NCBI RefSeq assembly: GCF_009834535.1
Contig: NC_045696.1
Coordinates: 434,001-498,000 of the forward strand
Length of the DNA: 64,000 nucleotides
From: Camelus ferus
Lineage: Eukaryota
Direction of reading: 5' to 3'
The notes below the pieces were generated by a model. The model was not told the origin of the DNA. It saw only the letters and a program-made list of their open reading frames with translations, and searched no databases. The position numbers and the translations under genes are program-made. Shown here in pieces: positions 31,601-64,000 of the stretch; within the stretch, counting starts at the first letter, position 1; the number at the start of each line of letters is the position of its first letter.

Positions 31601-32483
31601 TTCACACTAAGCCAGTGACCTGTGGTTTGGTGTTTAGGGTGTCAGCATTTTACATCCTACTACGGAAAATACTAAGTGGACGCGCTAATACATTTTTGTA
31701 TTGCACATTAAACACGTTATTTTCACTCTTCTTTTGATTTATTTCCTTAGATGTAGCACTAGTGGATTAAAAATCAATATTCACTTCAACTAACTGGCCA
31801 GACTGCTTTCCGAAAAGCCCACGCCAATTTATGCTGCTATTAACAACGTGGGAAACCTCCAACGAAGCATTCACGGAACAGGGAGTAACTTGACGCATAA
31901 CACGTTCGAGGGGAGGACCCTCAGCGGCAGAGCGCGTGCATAGCATGCACAAGGTCCTGGATTCAATCCCCAGTGCCTCCACTTAAAAAAATTTCAGTGA
32001 ACCTGTATTACCTCCCCGCAAAATGTAACAAAGGGGGAAAAAGCGGAGATCATACAATTGTGTGTCTGCCCTTTACTTTCAAGTGATGCAGTAATTTCGA
32101 TCCATACACACCCATACTGGGTCAGGCAAGCTGCAGAAGCACCCTCTCTAAGGCCCCGACAGCTCGTCGGGGGCCAGTCACAGCGTGCCCTCTACTTCTG
32201 TCAGAATAAAACCGTCGACACGGACCTCCACAGGAGGTCGGCAGGCAGGCAGGGCGAGGAGCGCGCTCCTCACCTCGTGAAACGGGAACGCGAGCACGTC
32301 GGTCGGGACGTCCTTCCGCCGGTAGCGCCGGTTAACCCGCCGCATGCGCTCGTTGTCCACGCAGACGACGCCCAGGTCGAAGCGCCGCACGCCCAGGACG
32401 CTCCGGAGCGCCTGCAGCCGCCCGCGCAGCGGCGCCCGGCGGAGCGGCACGGCCCGCTGCAGGTCCCTCAGCACCAGGCTCAT
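28567..32483 (-). CDS. YBEY: YbeY metallo-endoribonuclease (mitochondrial ribosome biogenesis), 4 coding exons, 164 aa
   Basis: [23 protein letters not shown] and zinc motif [11 protein letters not shown]; exons 32483-32274, 31270-31142, 29922-29854, 28653-28567, all phase 0. Confidence 0.98.
29166..29296 (-). mobile_element. tRNA-derived SINE (Vic-1-like)
   Basis: Reverse A/B boxes; TSD agactcttttt at 29155-29165 and 29297-29307. Confidence 0.85.
29854..29922 (-). CDS. YBEY: YBEY coding exon 3 (H-x3-H-x5-H motif)
   Basis: ttctgacag|[23 protein letters not shown]|gtagga. Confidence 0.97.
31142..31270 (-). CDS. YBEY: YBEY coding exon 2
   Basis: ccattttcag|[24 protein letters not shown]...DILT|gtaagt. 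Confidence 0.97.
31908..32043 (+). mobile_element. tRNA-derived SINE (Vic-1-like)
   Basis: ctcagcggcagagcgcgtgcatagcatgcacaaggtcctggattcaatccccag...tattacctcccc. Confidence 0.8.
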
Positions 32484-33150
32484 TCCGCCCGGGCGGCCCG
32501 CCCCGGACGGGCCTCGTCGGCCCGGGCGCGGCGACGAACCCTGTGGCCGCGCGACGACGGCCGTGGCCCGCCCGGCGGGGCCCGCTGCAAACTGAGACGG
32601 CTTTGCCCGTCACCCCGGGGAGACGTACGGACGAAGGGAGGGGGAGCGGCCAGAGTCGGGCGCGCGGACGGGGACGGGCGGAGCGGCCCGACCGGAAGCG
32701 GGCGGACGCGGAACTGGCCGCTGCGCACCGGAAGCCCCGCCGCCGCGCCGCCGCCCGCTGGAGAGCGGAACTCTCGCGCGAGGGGCCCAGGCGGGACGGA
32801 CCGGAAGTGCGTCCGCCGAGTTTTCCGCCCGCGGCGGGCTGCCCAGCGCTGCCTCCGGCGACCGCTGTCCTTGCGTGCGGCTCGTGCCCGGGCACGGCGG
32901 GCGGCGGCGTCTCTGAACCGAACGGTGAGCGCGGCGCGGGGCCTTCCCCGCCTCGGCACCCGTGTCGCTAGCGGAGCTGGGCGGGGGCGCGGGGGGCCGC
33001 GGCGCGCACGGGCGGCCCACGGTTTGGGCGGCGCTGCGCCCGCGTCCCTGCCGCCCTGCGGCCTGGGGGGCGGCCTCTCTGCTTGAGCGCGCTTGTCCTC
33101 TGAGCCAGTCTGGGGGGGTCGTCGCCGCTGTGTTGAAACGGAAGTCATTT
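32150..33150. promoter_or_regulatory. CpG island, bidirectional YBEY/MCM3AP promoter; MCM3AP non-coding exon probably ends at 32924
   Basis: Extreme CpG density; ETS/GABP CCGGAAG at 32692, 32728, 32801; donor ACG|gtgagc at 32925; acceptor tttttgtctttcag at 33624. Confidence 0.9.
32274..32483 (-). CDS. YBEY: YBEY coding exon 1
   Basis: [10 protein letters not shown]...[11 protein letters not shown]|gtgagg; 210 nt. Confidence 0.96.
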
Positions 33151-33730
33151 CTTTGTCTGGCAAGAGTGTTCGGTGCCCTGGTTACCGGGAGAAAAATTAG
33201 AGGGGAGGAAACACTGAAACACTGACGTTTTAACAGTGTTACATTGTAGTTCTCTGGCTGTGGAGGTCGAAGAACTCAGAAGACGCTCCTCGTTCAGTCG
33301 AAAATTGTACGCCATTCGTTTTCTTAAGTCCTGTTTGAGGTCTCCTGTGAATTTACCGATGCGGTAAAGTGTTTTGTTTTGTTTTGTTTTTAGTCTTAAA
33401 GGATCATGCTTTAAATCTCTGTAACAAAATAATTGTTTGTACTAACTTCTACCCCCAACTCCAAAAAAAAAAAAAAAAATAGAAAGAAAAAAAGGAACCA
33501 ATCGGCTCTTCAGAAAACGAGAATACTTAACCCTTTGTTTTGCCTTATATGTGATTTAAAATTCTTTTCTTAGTCTTCCAGCAGGACATCGCTGTGATGG
33601 ATAGTCTGCGTTTTTGTCTTTCAGCTTATTGTGAAGATGAGGGGAGCTCCCTAGTTGAACAGACTGTTTGAGGAAGACGACTGCTTTTGTACACATAGTA
33701 TTTATTATCTTTCATTGATTGGGTCAGAAG

Positions 33731-63836
<30,106 letters not shown>

Positions 63837-63848
63837 GTAAGATTTCAT

Positions 63849-64000
63849 CTTTTTTTTTTTTTTTAAATGTTCGTTTTTTTAAATTGAAGTACAGTCAGTT
63901 ACAATGTGTCAATTTCTGGTGTACAGCAGTGTCCCAGGCATGCGTATACATACATATATTCGTTTTCATACTCTTTTTCGTTAAAGGTGTTACAAGATAC
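63849..64000 (-). mobile_element. Artiodactyl/camelid-type L1 3' end (truncated by window)
   Basis: Poly-T then attgaagtacagtcagttacaatgtgtcaatttctggtgtacagc. Confidence 0.8.

Noticed and set aside
32058..33163. Long Arg/Ala/Pro-rich ORFs (up to 342 aa) over the CpG island
   Set aside because: Stop-codon depletion in GC-rich DNA and antisense shadows of YBEY exon 1

Overview
Mammalian genomic DNA, GC-rich and gene-dense, syntenic with distal human 21q22.3. A camelid is the most likely source, inferred from four short tRNA-derived Vic-1-like SINEs and artiodactyl-type L1 ends. The window holds two head-to-head gene pairs on CpG islands. The first is PCNT (minus; first coding exons, running off the left edge) with the C21orf58 orthologue (plus; complete, about 291 aa). 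The second is YBEY (minus; complete, 164 aa) with MCM3AP/GANP (plus; 22 coding exons, 1538 codons, running off the right edge). Exon borders were read from the sequence and the phases close, apart from one candidate PCNT exon. Human orthologue comparisons and repeat-family names are from memory, not database searches, and repeat borders are approximate. I found no new multi-gene system. The most unusual items are: a ~0.53 kb element joining an L1 5' end directly to an L1 3' end, with a degenerate TSD, beside an MCM3AP acceptor; remodelling of the PCNT N-terminal exons; several odd splicing and translation features in C21orf58 (closed N-terminal extension with a uORF, a GC-AG intron, a GAG acceptor, a stop codon overlapping a donor); and a strongly GC/Arg-shifted first YBEY exon.
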